A DNA stretch of 64,000 nt from Gemmatimonadota bacterium. Lineage in GTDB: Bacteria; Gemmatimonadota; Gemmatimonadetes; Palauibacterales; Palauibacteraceae. The notes under the pieces were generated by a model. The model ran no database searches. It saw nothing but the letters and a program-made list of their open reading frames with translations, and had not been told where the DNA came from. Made by a program: the position numbers and the translations under genes. Numbering within the stretch: the first letter of the stretch is position 1; each line of letters begins with the position of its first letter. Of the stretch, positions 19,338 to 28,834 are shown one piece after another. Location of the stretch: positions 127,558 through 191,557 of the forward strand of contig JBDHHR010000001.1 of the NCBI GenBank assembly GCA_039589295.1. The letters are read 5' to 3'.

Positions 19338-20518
19338 GCCTCAGCCTCATGGACCGGTAGCTCCAGAGAGAAGCTCGCCCCGCTGGCAGAATGCTCGAGT
19401 CTGACGGATCCTCCGTGCATCTCGACGATGATGCGACGGGCCAGCGAGAGGCCGACACCCCACCCCCCCGTCTTGGTCGTCACCCCGACCTCGAACAGCC
19501 GCGTCTGCAAGTCCGACGGGATACCCGGACCATCGTCGGCGAAGCGGATGTGGTAGCGCCCCGCGTGCACGCCCGCGAAGGTTACCGAGATGCGCCCTTC
19601 ACGTCCGGCGAGTGAGTCCAGGGAGTTCTTGAACAGGTTCTCGAACGCCCACTCCAGAAGTGTCTCGTTCCCCAGCACCTTGGGGCAGTCGGTCGGCAGG
19701 TCCACATTCAGTTGCACTCTGGCGCCCATCGACGGCAGCCGCGCCTGGAAGTAGTCGGCCAGTCGCTGAATCACCGCGGTGACGTCCACGGGCTGCAAGG
19801 CCGGCGGCCGACCGATCAGGTCGAAGCGACGCGAGACCTTGTCCAGCCGCTGCACGTCGTGTTCCATCTCGGCCAGCACGTTGATCCCGTCTTGCGAGAA
19901 GGTGCCCACCGGCACCGAGTCTTCCAGGAGTTCCAGCCAGCCTACCAGCGAGCTGAGAGGAGTACCCATCTGGTGAGCCGATTCCCGGGCCATGGACGTC
20001 CAGATTCGCTCCCTCTGGCTCTGGGCAGAGGTCCGCAGCATCCAGATCGCGGTGCCCACGACTCCCAGCAGTAGCGCTGCCTGCAACCACGGAATCCACT
20101 TGAGACGCCTGAGGAACAGCGGTTCCCCGTAGTGCACCTGAAAGTTCTTGTCCGCATCCACGAGAGGCTGGTTCTCGAGATCGAGCCGGTCCACGTAATC
20201 CCGGACCCGCTCCAGGTCCTGTGGGTCGTCGAGGCTTGCCTCGAACGGGAGGTTCCTCACCAGAGCGGGGTTTCCTTCCAGATCGGTCTGAACCACCGGA
20301 ACGCCCAGGTCGTATAGATCGAAGAGCAGAGCAAGCTCGCCCTCGGGCGTCAGGCCCTCGGGCGAAGCAGCCGCCTGCACGACCTGGAAATAGATGCGGC
20401 TGAACAACGCGGCGTCACGCCTCAGCTCCTGCGCTATCTGCCAGGTATAGACGAGGTAGGACAGGAGCACGCCTGAGAACGCGACGATGATGGCCAGCGG
20501 TACGAGACGTCGCCTCAC
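19334..20518 (-). CDS. Sensor histidine kinase (two TM helices, periplasmic loop, HisKA + HATPase_c)
   Basis: Two hydrophobic segments flank a roughly 110 aa loop. The H-box is ESAHQMGTPLSSLVGWLELL and the N/G boxes are NLFKNSLDS and DDGPGIP. A GTG start overlaps the serS stop (GTGA). No response regulator is adjacent. Confidence 0.85.
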   Translation of the reverse strand: MRRRLVPLAIIVAFSGVLLSYLVYTWQIAQELRRDAALFSRIYFQVVQAAASPEGLTPEGELALLFDLYDLGVPVVQTDLEGNPALVRNLPFEASLDDPQDLERVRDYVDRLDLENQPLVDADKNFQVHYGEPLFLRRLKWIPWLQAALLLGVVGTAIWMLRTSAQSQRERIWTSMARESAHQMGTPLSSLVGWLELLEDSVPVGTFSQDGINVLAEMEHDVQRLDKVSRRFDLIGRPPALQPVDVTAVIQRLADYFQARLPSMGARVQLNVDLPTDCPKVLGNETLLEWAFENLFKNSLDSLAGREGRISVTFAGVHAGRYHIRFADDGPGIPSDLQTRLFEVGVTTKTGGWGVGLSLARRIIVEMHGGSVRLEHSASGASFSLELPVHEAEA

Positions 20519-21795
20519 TGAACCGCCAGCCGCTCCATGCTCATGTGCTGGCGCAGCGCCCCGGGAATCTCGACGCTCCCATCGGCAGACTGGTTGTTCT
20601 CCAGCAGCGCCACGATCGTCCGGGCCAGCGCGACACCGGACCCGTTCAGAGTGTGAGCAAAGACGGGCTTCTCCCCGGCGTTCGATCGATATCGAATGTC
20701 TGCCCGCCGCGCCTGGTAGTCGGTGTACGATGAACAGCTCGAAACCTCAAGCCACTTGCCGACCCCGGCCGACCAGACTTCGAGATCGTAGGTGAGGGCG
20801 TTGGCGAAGCCCAGGTCGCAGGCCGGCACGACGATCCTACGATAGGGGAGGTCGAGTCGCTCGAGCACCTCCTCCGCATGACGCGTCAGGCGCTCCAACT
20901 CCTCTTCAGAGGACTCCTGCCTGGTGAAGCGAACGAGTTCGACCTTGTCGAACTGATGAACGCGCAACAGCCCTCGTGTGTCGCGCCCGGCTGCTCCGGC
21001 CTCGCGGCGGAAGCATGGCGTATAGGCGACGTACGCCAGCGGCAGGTCGGCGCCGTCGAGGATCTCCCCCCGGTGGAGGTTCGTCACCGGAACCTCGGCC
21101 GTCGGCACCAGAAACAGATCGTCCGGATCCGTTCGGTAGGCGTCGTCTTCGAACTTCGGAAGCTGGCCGGTGTTCGTCAGGCTGACGCGGTTCGTGAGGA
21201 ACGGCGGGTGGACCTCCACGTAGCCGTGCTCGTCTGCGTGCAGATCGAGCATAAACTGGACCAGCACCCGAGACAGACGGGCACCGGCACCCAGCAGGAG
21301 TGGAAAGCCCGAGCCGGCGAGCCGGGCACCTCCCTCCAGATCCAGGATTCCGAGTCGAGATCCAAGGTCCCAGTGCGTGGCGGGCTCGAAGTCGAAGGCC
21401 CGTATCTCGCCCCATTCGTGCACGATCTCGAAATCGCCTTCCCCGCCGTCCGGGACCCTGACATGAGGCAGGTTGGGGATTCCGAGCAGCTCGGCCCGCA
21501 GCGAACTCTCCACGTCCTGTAGCTCGGCATCCAGCATCCGGATGCTCTCCGCCACACCTTGCATCGAGTCGATGAGCTCCGAGGCGTCCTCGCCGGCTCG
21601 CTTGCGCTCTCCCACTTCCCGCGAGACTTCATTCCGTCGGGCCTTCAGCACCTCCACCTCAGCGATTACCTGCCTCCGCCGCTCGTCCAGCCGCAGGGCC
21701 GCCGCCAACGCTGCCAGTGAATAGGTGTCCCCGCGCCGCGCCAGGCTGGCCCTGGCCTGTTCCGGATCCGCGCTGAGCGACCTGATATCGAGCAT
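20515..21795 (-). CDS. serS: Seryl-tRNA synthetase
   Basis: N-terminal coiled-coil tRNA-binding arm and class II core. 426 aa: MLDIRSLSADPEQARASLARRGD... Confidence 0.95.
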   Translation of the reverse strand: MLDIRSLSADPEQARASLARRGDTYSLAALAAALRLDERRRQVIAEVEVLKARRNEVSREVGERKRAGEDASELIDSMQGVAESIRMLDAELQDVESSLRAELLGIPNLPHVRVPDGGEGDFEIVHEWGEIRAFDFEPATHWDLGSRLGILDLEGGARLAGSGFPLLLGAGARLSRVLVQFMLDLHADEHGYVEVHPPFLTNRVSLTNTGQLPKFEDDAYRTDPDDLFLVPTAEVPVTNLHRGEILDGADLPLAYVAYTPCFRREAGAAGRDTRGLLRVHQFDKVELVRFTRQESSEEELERLTRHAEEVLERLDLPYRRIVVPACDLGFANALTYDLEVWSAGVGKWLEVSSCSSYTDYQARRADIRYRSNAGEKPVFAHTLNGSGVALARTIVALLENNQSADGSVEIPGALRQHMSMERLAVQ

Positions 21796-21820
21796 CGTGA
21801 CGTAGCCTGCGAGACAGCGA

Positions 21821-22393
21821 CTACTCGCCCCCGGGGGTGAGCCGCCGCTTCTCGCAGTTGGGGTTGACCAGATAGCGGAACGTCATCGCCAGATTCGGCA
21901 GGTCGATGTCCAGGATCTCCAGCTTGGCGAAGTGGCGGCAGCGCACCGAGCCGAAGGAAGGATCCTTACGGCTCACCACCGCGAGGACGTCACCGACCTG
22001 GATCGCAACGGGGGCGTCCCTGACGTACGGTTCCTCCGGTGCCTCGGTGAGCCCTTCGAACGAGAGGCTGCTGAGTGCCAGGCCGGCCTCCGCCTCTTCG
22101 TCGATCACGTCACCCCGGGGCCGGAAGACTGGCGTGCCGGATTCGTCGATCTCGAAAAGGAAGTCCCACCCGGAGAACTGATCTGTCCTGATCTCGGCTA
22201 CGCTTATGAGATCGAACGCCGCGGGCTTCTGAACCGGCCCCATCCGGAAATCGCTGAGCGTAGCCTCCTCCGGCTCGTCCGGGACGGGAATCAGAATCGG
22301 CTCGAAGGGATCGCCACAAGCCTGGACCGCCATCAGGAAGGCGAGGGCTGCTGCCACGCCGTGTCTCCCTGCGACTGATCTGGTATGTTTCAC
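21821..22393 (-). CDS. Hypothetical lipoprotein
   Basis: Only the C-terminal 190 aa of track ORF 21821..22972 look protein-like. A GTG start gives VKHTRSVAGRHGVAAALAFLMAVQAC, a lipobox-type signal peptide. The upstream part of the track ORF is low-complexity junk. Confidence 0.45.
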   Translation of the reverse strand: MKHTRSVAGRHGVAAALAFLMAVQACGDPFEPILIPVPDEPEEATLSDFRMGPVQKPAAFDLISVAEIRTDQFSGWDFLFEIDESGTPVFRPRGDVIDEEAEAGLALSSLSFEGLTEAPEEPYVRDAPVAIQVGDVLAVVSRKDPSFGSVRCRHFAKLEILDIDLPNLAMTFRYLVNPNCEKRRLTPGGE

Positions 22394-22526
22394 TGTCCCG
22401 CCGTGCGTTCGAGTCTTGATGTCAGACGAGAATAATAGCAGAGATTCTCCGGAACGCGAGACGCTGATACCTTCATCGCATGAACGAACCGCCAGCCGGC
22501 GAGAGCAGGCTGACCTATCCGGCGAC

Positions 22527-23576
22527 ATGTCACACGTGAGCCCGGATCGACTGCGCATCGCCGTAGTACTCGCCGGAGGCATCGGCTCCCGCTTCTGGCC
22601 GGTCTCGACTCCCGAACGCCCCAAGCAGCTGCTCCCCCTGGGAGGTCCCAGGCCCCTGATTGCCGACGCCGTGGAGCGAGCGACGGCGCTGGTAGGGGCG
22701 GACAACGTGCGCATCGTGGCCGGGCAGGAGTTGCTCACTCCTTTCCGCCAGGTCCTTCCCGAGGTCTCCGAGCAGCAATTCATGTTGGAGACCGTCGCCC
22801 GAAGCACCGGGCCGGCTCTTACCTGGGCGGCCTGGGAGATCGAGCGCGACAACCCCGGCGCGACCATGATCTCTCTCCATGCCGACCACGTCATTGCTCC
22901 CCTCGACGGTCTGCGGGAGACAGTCGGCCGAGCGGCGCGCGCTGCGGAAGAGCGTTGCGCCCTGGTGTGCATCGGTGCGGAGCCCGACCGGCCGGAGACG
23001 GGATACGGCTACATAGAGCTGGGTGAGCCGCGCGAGGATCTGGTGTGGACGGCGCGACGTTTCGAGGAGAAACCGGCCCTGGAAACGGCACGGCGCTACT
23101 GCGGCTCCGGCCGCCACCTGTGGAACACGGGCATATTCGTGTGGCGAGCGGCCGACCTCCTGACCGCGATCGGCCGCTGGACACCCGAGATCCAGGGCGC
23201 GCTTCCGCGACTCGAGGCCGGTGACGTGCCGGCCTTTTTCGCGGAGGTGGAGTCCCTGAGCATAGACGTCGGGGTACTCGAGCGGGCCGATTGCGTGGAG
23301 GTCGTGCGCGCTACGTTTGCCTGGGATGATGTCGGTTCGTGGAACGCGCTGTCGCGGACCAGAGAAGCCGACACGGCGGGGAACGTCCTCATCGGCGATA
23401 CCAACGCAGTCGAGTCGTCCGGGAACGTCGTGTGGGCCGAAGATGGACGGGTGGTTCTCTTCGGCGTGGAAGGGCTGGTGGTCGTGTGCAGCGGTCAGAG
23501 GACCCTCGTGACCAGCCGGGAGGCTGCGCCAGACCTCAAGCGCCTGCTGGAGCGCCTCCGGATCGGGGAGGACTGA
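22527..23576 (+). CDS. Mannose-1-phosphate guanylyltransferase (GDP-mannose pyrophosphorylase, nucleotidyltransferase domain only)
   Basis: LRIAVVLAGGIGSRFWPVSTPERPKQLLPL is the G-x-G-x-R NTP-transferase motif. ManC-like, about 350 aa, without a C-terminal cupin. The start was trimmed to MSHVSPDRLRIAV. Confidence 0.8.
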   Translation: MSHVSPDRLRIAVVLAGGIGSRFWPVSTPERPKQLLPLGGPRPLIADAVERATALVGADNVRIVAGQELLTPFRQVLPEVSEQQFMLETVARSTGPALTWAAWEIERDNPGATMISLHADHVIAPLDGLRETVGRAARAAEERCALVCIGAEPDRPETGYGYIELGEPREDLVWTARRFEEKPALETARRYCGSGRHLWNTGIFVWRAADLLTAIGRWTPEIQGALPRLEAGDVPAFFAEVESLSIDVGVLERADCVEVVRATFAWDDVGSWNALSRTREADTAGNVLIGDTNAVESSGNVVWAEDGRVVLFGVEGLVVVCSGQRTLVTSREAAPDLKRLLERLRIGED

Positions 23577-23577
23577 A

Positions 23578-24810
23578 GTGGAACTGTACTTGTTCGACGA
23601 CGGAGTCGCCGACGCCTGGCACCCGTTTTCCCTGACACGGCCGTGCGGCGAACTCCTGTTCGGCGCCATGCTGCTCCGGGAGCGCCTGGAGCGATACGCC
23701 GGCAGATCGGCCACCGCCACGCTCACCCGCGACTGGTTGAGCGACTATTCGGAAGCAGGCGCGCCTCCGGCTCTGCCGCGTGGAACGGATCTTTCCGGCC
23801 GGGACCGGCTGATCCTGTTAACCCGTGCGGTGCCCGACGCCGACGCACGCTTTCCCGCCGAGCCAGGTCGGCCCAGAGCCATCCGGGTCGGAGAAACAGT
23901 CGCCGGGTGCTTCCTGCCGGCCGGTGAGCCCGGTCCGGCCCTGGAGTGGCTACTCAATCCATCCGGCGAGCTCGACGGGATCCCGGACGTGGAAGAGATG
24001 CAGTTGTCGGGAGAGCTGCTCCCAGCTCCGTGGGACCTCATCGAACGCAATCCGGCCCGTCTGGCGGCAGACTTGCACGCACCGGGCGAACCGATCCGCT
24101 CGGCTTTGCCGGAGGGAGTGCACGTGCTGGGCAGCGGAAGCGTAGTTCTCGTGGAAGGGGTGAGGCTCGAGCCGGGCGTGCTGCTGGACGTTCGCGAGGG
24201 AGGTATTCGGCTGGAAGAGGGGGTGGAGGTCAGGACGGGTACGAGGCTGCAAGGACCGTTGTGGGCAGGTCCGGGGAGCCGGCTGTTGGGAGGGTCCTTC
24301 GCCGCCGTGGCGGCGGGACCCTGCTGTTATCTGCAAGGAGAGGTCGAAGCCTCGGTGGCGCTTGGGTATGCCAACAAGGCACACGCCGGTTTCCTGGGCC
24401 ACTCTTATCTCGGCAAGTGGGTGAACCTGGGGGCGCTCACGACCACCAGCGATCTGAAGAACAACTATGGGCCGGTGCGTGCCGGCGGACCAGACGGCGT
24501 GTTGGAGACGGGCCTCCTGAAGCTCGGCTGCCTCCTGGGCGATCATGCCAGGACCGCCATCGGGACCCTTCTCAACACGGGAACCGTCGTCGGCGCCGGT
24601 ACAAACCTGTTTGGCGACGGGCTGCCGCCGAAGTGGGTAGCGCCGTTCAGCTGGGGGTTCGGCGATTCCGCCGGAGTGTACGACAGGGAGCGCTTCCTGG
24701 CTGTGGCGGAGAGGGTCATGGCTCGGCGAGATGTCTCCTGCGAGGGAAAGGCGAGAGCGTGGCTCGCCTCGTGCTGGGAGGCTGGAACGACCTCCCCCGA
24801 CCCGAAGTGA
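23578..24810 (+). CDS. Putative sugar nucleotidyltransferase with left-handed beta-helix (GlmU-like)
   Basis: 410 aa. The C-terminal half is rich in hexapeptide-like repeats (VVLVEGVRLEPGVLLDVREGGIRLEEGVEVRTGTRLQG...). It starts 2 nt after the ManC-like stop. Confidence 0.55.
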   Translation: MELYLFDDGVADAWHPFSLTRPCGELLFGAMLLRERLERYAGRSATATLTRDWLSDYSEAGAPPALPRGTDLSGRDRLILLTRAVPDADARFPAEPGRPRAIRVGETVAGCFLPAGEPGPALEWLLNPSGELDGIPDVEEMQLSGELLPAPWDLIERNPARLAADLHAPGEPIRSALPEGVHVLGSGSVVLVEGVRLEPGVLLDVREGGIRLEEGVEVRTGTRLQGPLWAGPGSRLLGGSFAAVAAGPCCYLQGEVEASVALGYANKAHAGFLGHSYLGKWVNLGALTTTSDLKNNYGPVRAGGPDGVLETGLLKLGCLLGDHARTAIGTLLNTGTVVGAGTNLFGDGLPPKWVAPFSWGFGDSAGVYDRERFLAVAERVMARRDVSCEGKARAWLASCWEAGTTSPDPK

Positions 24811-25643
24811 GGTTAGCCACGCTCGGCAGCGGCAGCCGTGGGAACTCCGTTCTGGTGGAGTGCGACGGCACTCGGATTCTTGTCGACGCCGGCTTCAGCG
24901 GGGCCGAACTCGCCCGCCGACTCGACCGACTCGAGGTCTCACCGGACAGCATCGAAGCCGTCGTGGTCACACACGAACACCGTGACCACACGAGCGGGCT
25001 CGGCGTCGCGGCCCGGCGATGGGGTTGGCCTCTGCATCTCACCGGCCGAACAGCGGCTGCCTGCGCAGAGCTCTTTAGAGGCGGCGAGACGATCCGGCAC
25101 TGCGAAGGAGAGGTCGCCTTCAGCATCGGGGCGGCGGAGATCCACCCGTTTTCGACCTGCCATGACGCCGCGGACCCGATAGCACTCACTGTCACCGACA
25201 GCTCGTCGGGCCTTCGCGCCGGCATCGCCACGGACCTCGGCCGGGCCACAGCGCCCGTGCGTGCCGCCCTGATGGGATGTCACTTTCTCGTCCTCGAGGC
25301 GAACCACGATGAGGCTATGCTCCGCGAGAGTCCGTATCCCTGGTCGGTGAAACAGCGAATCGGAGGAAGCCGAGGACACCTTTCGAACCGGCTGGCGGCA
25401 GATCTCGTAGCCGAGCTCAGCCACGCCGATCTCGGAGGAATCCTGCTGGCTCACCTGAGCGACGAGTGCAACGATCCTACCCGGGCACACGAAGTGGCAC
25501 GCCGGTCCCTGGGAAAGAGTGACTACAGGGGCATACTCGCGGTGGCAATGCAAGACGAGCCGTCACGGTTGTTTGACGTTGCACGCCTGGTGCGACGCGC
25601 CAGGGACGGCGGACCCCAGCTCAGCCTGTTCGCTCGAGCCTGA
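24807..25643 (+). CDS. MBL-fold metallo-hydrolase
   Basis: A GTG start overlaps the upstream stop (GTGA). It carries VRLATLGSGSRGNSVLVECDGTRILVDAGF and the HEHRDHTSG beta-lactamase-fold motif (HxHxDH). Confidence 0.75.
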   Translation: MRLATLGSGSRGNSVLVECDGTRILVDAGFSGAELARRLDRLEVSPDSIEAVVVTHEHRDHTSGLGVAARRWGWPLHLTGRTAAACAELFRGGETIRHCEGEVAFSIGAAEIHPFSTCHDAADPIALTVTDSSSGLRAGIATDLGRATAPVRAALMGCHFLVLEANHDEAMLRESPYPWSVKQRIGGSRGHLSNRLAADLVAELSHADLGGILLAHLSDECNDPTRAHEVARRSLGKSDYRGILAVAMQDEPSRLFDVARLVRRARDGGPQLSLFARA

Positions 25644-25663
25644 ACCATTCCGGGTTGGGAGGA

Positions 25664-26758
25664 TCAGCCTCCTACGAGCCGCAGGATGTCGTTGGCGAAC
25701 GCCAGCAGCATCAGACCGACGACCAGCAGCAGTCCTATTTGCGTGAGCCTCATCCGCTGCTTGATGCTCACGGCCCTGCCACGCACGGCCTCGATACCCA
25801 GGAATAGGAGGTGCCCTCCGTCGAGCACCGGGATCGGCAGCAGGTTCAAGACCGCCAGGTTGACACTGATGATGCCCATGAAGTCCAGCAGTGGCCATAG
25901 CCCGGCACGGGCGAACTGCCCCGAGAGCTGCCCGATCACGATCGGACCGCCGAGCTCACGCGCCGAGGCCTGCCCTGTCACCATCTGCCAGAGGAACTCC
26001 CCGACGGCCCGCACCCACCACCACGTGCGATACCATCCGGCACCAATGGATTCCCCGAGCGAGAGTAGGCGATGACCCTCTTCGCCACCCGGGAATACGA
26101 CCCCGATCTGACCGACTTCGATCGTGTCCCTTGCGATCTCGTCGTAGTAACGGATCGTCGCCGGCGTCACGTCCAGAATCGTCTCGGAGCCGTCCCGTTC
26201 CACCGTTACGCTCAGCTCGACACGCGGCCGTGACGAGAGGTAGTGTCCCACCTCGTCCCGAGTCCGCATCCGCTTTCCGTTCACCGCAACGATCAGATCG
26301 CCGGCCTCGAACCCCGCCTGCTCAGCGGGCGTCTGCGGTGTAACCTCCGCGATCAGCGGAACCCATATACCCCTTTTGTGAGCGACGCCGGTGAAGACCA
26401 CGAAGGCGAATACCACGTTCATCGCCACGCCGGCGCAGATCACCAGGGTACGTGCCCAGATGGGCTTTCGATCGAAGTCGCGCGGAGAGGGCGCACGCTT
26501 CGGATCAGAGCGACCTTCGAGCGGAGCTGCCGCCTCCTCATCGGCCATCCCTTCCATCTTCACGTAGCCGCCGAGGGGAATGGCCGAGATGACATACTCT
26601 GTCTCGCCCCGCCGAAACCCGAACAACTTCGGACCGAAGCCGATCGAGAACCGCGACACCTCTACATCCACGGCCTTGGCTGCCCAGAAATGGCCCAGCT
26701 CGTGAACGAGTATCAGGACTCCCAGCACGACGATTGTTGCGAGTATCGTGACTGTCAT
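25664..26758 (-). CDS. rseP: RIP metalloprotease RseP (site-2 protease, M50)
   Basis: HELGHFWAAK HExxH in TM1, a PDZ domain and the C-terminal LDGG motif. Conserved position next to dxr. Confidence 0.9.
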   Translation of the reverse strand: MTVTILATIVVLGVLILVHELGHFWAAKAVDVEVSRFSIGFGPKLFGFRRGETEYVISAIPLGGYVKMEGMADEEAAAPLEGRSDPKRAPSPRDFDRKPIWARTLVICAGVAMNVVFAFVVFTGVAHKRGIWVPLIAEVTPQTPAEQAGFEAGDLIVAVNGKRMRTRDEVGHYLSSRPRVELSVTVERDGSETILDVTPATIRYYDEIARDTIEVGQIGVVFPGGEEGHRLLSLGESIGAGWYRTWWWVRAVGEFLWQMVTGQASARELGGPIVIGQLSGQFARAGLWPLLDFMGIISVNLAVLNLLPIPVLDGGHLLFLGIEAVRGRAVSIKQRMRLTQIGLLLVVGLMLLAFANDILRLVGG

Positions 26759-26840
26759 ACGCTGTTCGTTCGCCCTCTCGAGTCAGGTTGCCGGCTGTAT
26801 CACCCCCAACCGAAGACCGTGTTCCGCTGCCTCACACGCA

Positions 26841-27986
26841 TCACGCGGCGATCGTGCCCCGTGTCAGATCGCGGGCAGCCGTGTCCGCTCGTCTGATGTC
26901 TTCTAGGCTGTCCACCGTCACTCCCTCCGTCCGCTCGAGCACGGTCCGCACGACGCGCGCGATGCCCGGGAAATCGAGCCGCCCCTCCAGGAACGCTCGC
27001 ACGGCCACCTCGTTCGCCGCGTTGTAGGCAGCCGGCAGGCTGCCACCGGCGCGTCCCGCCTCCACCCCGAGCTCGAACATCGGAAAGTCGCTGCGGCGCA
27101 ACGGCTCGAAGTGCAGCGGACTCGCCGTGACCGGGTCGAACGGCCGGAACGTGTTCTCCAGTCTCTCCGGACTGGAGAGCGCATACAGGATCGGTACCTC
27201 CATGGTAGGATAGCCTAGCTGGGCTATCGTCGATCCGTCGCGGAATTCAACCAGGGAGTGGACGATGGACGCCGGGTGTACCACCACCTCGATCCGGTCG
27301 TACTCGACCCCGAACAGCAGATGGGCCTCTACCACCTCCAGCGCCTTGTTCGCCAGAGTGGCCGAGTCGATGGTGATCTTGTCACCCATGCTCCACGTGG
27401 GATGGGCCAACGCGTCCTCCGGCCGCACCTCGGGAAAGCGGCCTGCCGCCAACTCCCTGAACGGTCCCCCGGAGGCGGTGAGGATAATGCGGCTCACCTC
27501 GTGCGCAGGTCGCTCCCGGATGCACTGTATGATCGCGCTGTGTTCGCTGTCCACCGGTATCAGCTCACCTTCGCCGCCGTGCCAGGCACGGAGCACCAGG
27601 TCACCACCGACGACCAGGGACTCCTTGTTGGCCAGGGCGAGACGCTTTCCCGCTTCCAGCGCTCTGATGGTGGACTCGAGACCGGCAAAGCCCACCAGAC
27701 CGTTTACGACTATGCTCACCTCCGGTGCGGCAGCGGCCGCGGCGAGGGCTTCCCGACCCGTCCGCCACTCACCCTGCCACACCGGATCGAAGCCACCGTC
27801 AGGAGGCTCGGCCAGTACCACGAAGTCAGGATCGATTTCGGTGGCCAGGTGATCCAATTCCTCCAGCCGGCGCCGCGCGGTCAGGCACACGACCCTGAAG
27901 CGCTCCGGGTGCCGACGTATTACGGCCAGGGTAGACCGGCCTATGGAGCCGGTGGCTCCGAGGATGGCGACACCCCTCGCCTCCAT
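26841..27986 (-). CDS. dxr: 1-deoxy-D-xylulose 5-phosphate reductoisomerase
   Basis: MEARGVAILGATGSIGRSTLAVIRRHPERFRVV matches the Dxr N-terminus and the rest of the enzyme is conserved. The roughly 67 aa N-terminal extension in the track ORF was trimmed. Confidence 0.9.
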   Translation of the reverse strand: MEARGVAILGATGSIGRSTLAVIRRHPERFRVVCLTARRRLEELDHLATEIDPDFVVLAEPPDGGFDPVWQGEWRTGREALAAAAAAPEVSIVVNGLVGFAGLESTIRALEAGKRLALANKESLVVGGDLVLRAWHGGEGELIPVDSEHSAIIQCIRERPAHEVSRIILTASGGPFRELAAGRFPEVRPEDALAHPTWSMGDKITIDSATLANKALEVVEAHLLFGVEYDRIEVVVHPASIVHSLVEFRDGSTIAQLGYPTMEVPILYALSSPERLENTFRPFDPVTASPLHFEPLRRSDFPMFELGVEAGRAGGSLPAAYNAANEVAVRAFLEGRLDFPGIARVVRTVLERTEGVTVDSLEDIRRADTAARDLTRGTIAA

Positions 27987-27988
27987 TC

Positions 27989-28825
27989 TCAGATCACCGC
28001 GCTGAGGAAGAAGTAAGCCACGGGAATAGACCACAGCAGCGAGTCCATTCGGTCCAGCAGCCCGCCGTGGCCAGGAAGCAGGTTCGACGAGTCCTTCACC
28101 CCGCACTCCCGCTTCAGTCCGGATTCGACCAGGTCCCCTGCGATCGCCGCGCCCGAGACCAGAAGGCCCAGCAGCACCAGCCACCACAGGCCTATTTGGC
28201 CACCCAGATCGGGTAGTATCCAGGCCGCGTACACGAGAACACCCACAGGTCCGGCGATCAGGCAGGAGATCGCGCCTTCGACTGTCTTGTTGGGGCTGAT
28301 CGCCGGCGCAAGCTTTCGGCTCCCGAAGACCTTCCCGCCGAAGTAGGCCGCGGTGTCTGCCAGCCAGGTCACGGCCACCGGAAGAAAGAACAGCAGCGTC
28401 CCCTGCAACTCACGCAGCTCGGGGGGTCCCACAGGCTCCCGGAGTGCGACGCCGAAGCTCAGCAGCCCTCCTACATAGAGACCGGCCACGGCGGTAAGCG
28501 CGCCCGTCTGGAAGGGTCGCTGCGATGGCCGGAAGCGCAGGGTAGCAGCCCCCGATATGGCCAGCAGTGCTATGATGGCTATGATCCAGGTGCCTTCCCA
28601 CCCGATGAGGACCGCCGAAGGGAGGGAGGCCGCGAACAGTATCGCGGGTACCGGCAGGAAGTTCCGGCCGCTGAGCACCAGCATGCGACCGATCTCCCAG
28701 GCAGCAACCCCGGCAAGCACCCCCAGACCGAGTGCGAACGGCAGCCCTCCGAGCAACGTCACGGCCACGCACAGAGGGATTCCGACGGCCGCGACGCCGA
28801 TCCGCCGACCCAGGTCAGAGGCCAT
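27989..28825 (-). CDS. cdsA: Phosphatidate cytidylyltransferase
   Basis: Multi-TM protein with the C-terminal CTP-transferase signature (SGLKRECGVKDSSNLLPGHGGLLDRMDSL). Confidence 0.85.
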   Translation of the reverse strand: MASDLGRRIGVAAVGIPLCVAVTLLGGLPFALGLGVLAGVAAWEIGRMLVLSGRNFLPVPAILFAASLPSAVLIGWEGTWIIAIIALLAISGAATLRFRPSQRPFQTGALTAVAGLYVGGLLSFGVALREPVGPPELRELQGTLLFFLPVAVTWLADTAAYFGGKVFGSRKLAPAISPNKTVEGAISCLIAGPVGVLVYAAWILPDLGGQIGLWWLVLLGLLVSGAAIAGDLVESGLKRECGVKDSSNLLPGHGGLLDRMDSLLWSIPVAYFFLSAVI

Positions 28826-28834
28826 GCCTTACCC

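Noticed and set aside
21821-22972. 383-aa track ORF and other N-terminally extended ORFs (rpsO 3877..4245, dxr 26841..28187, uppS 28835..29830, eno 34660..36066, glyA 43368..45053, ACAD 45798..47153, thiolase 49371..50753, rex 52554..53867, PP2C 54132..55748, pta 56820..57953, rsmD 58284..59132, yfiH 12158..13336)
   Set aside because: The upstream portions are Arg/Gly/Pro-rich junk and overlap neighbouring genes. The family-conserved N-termini begin at internal Met/Val/Leu codons, so the starts were trimmed.
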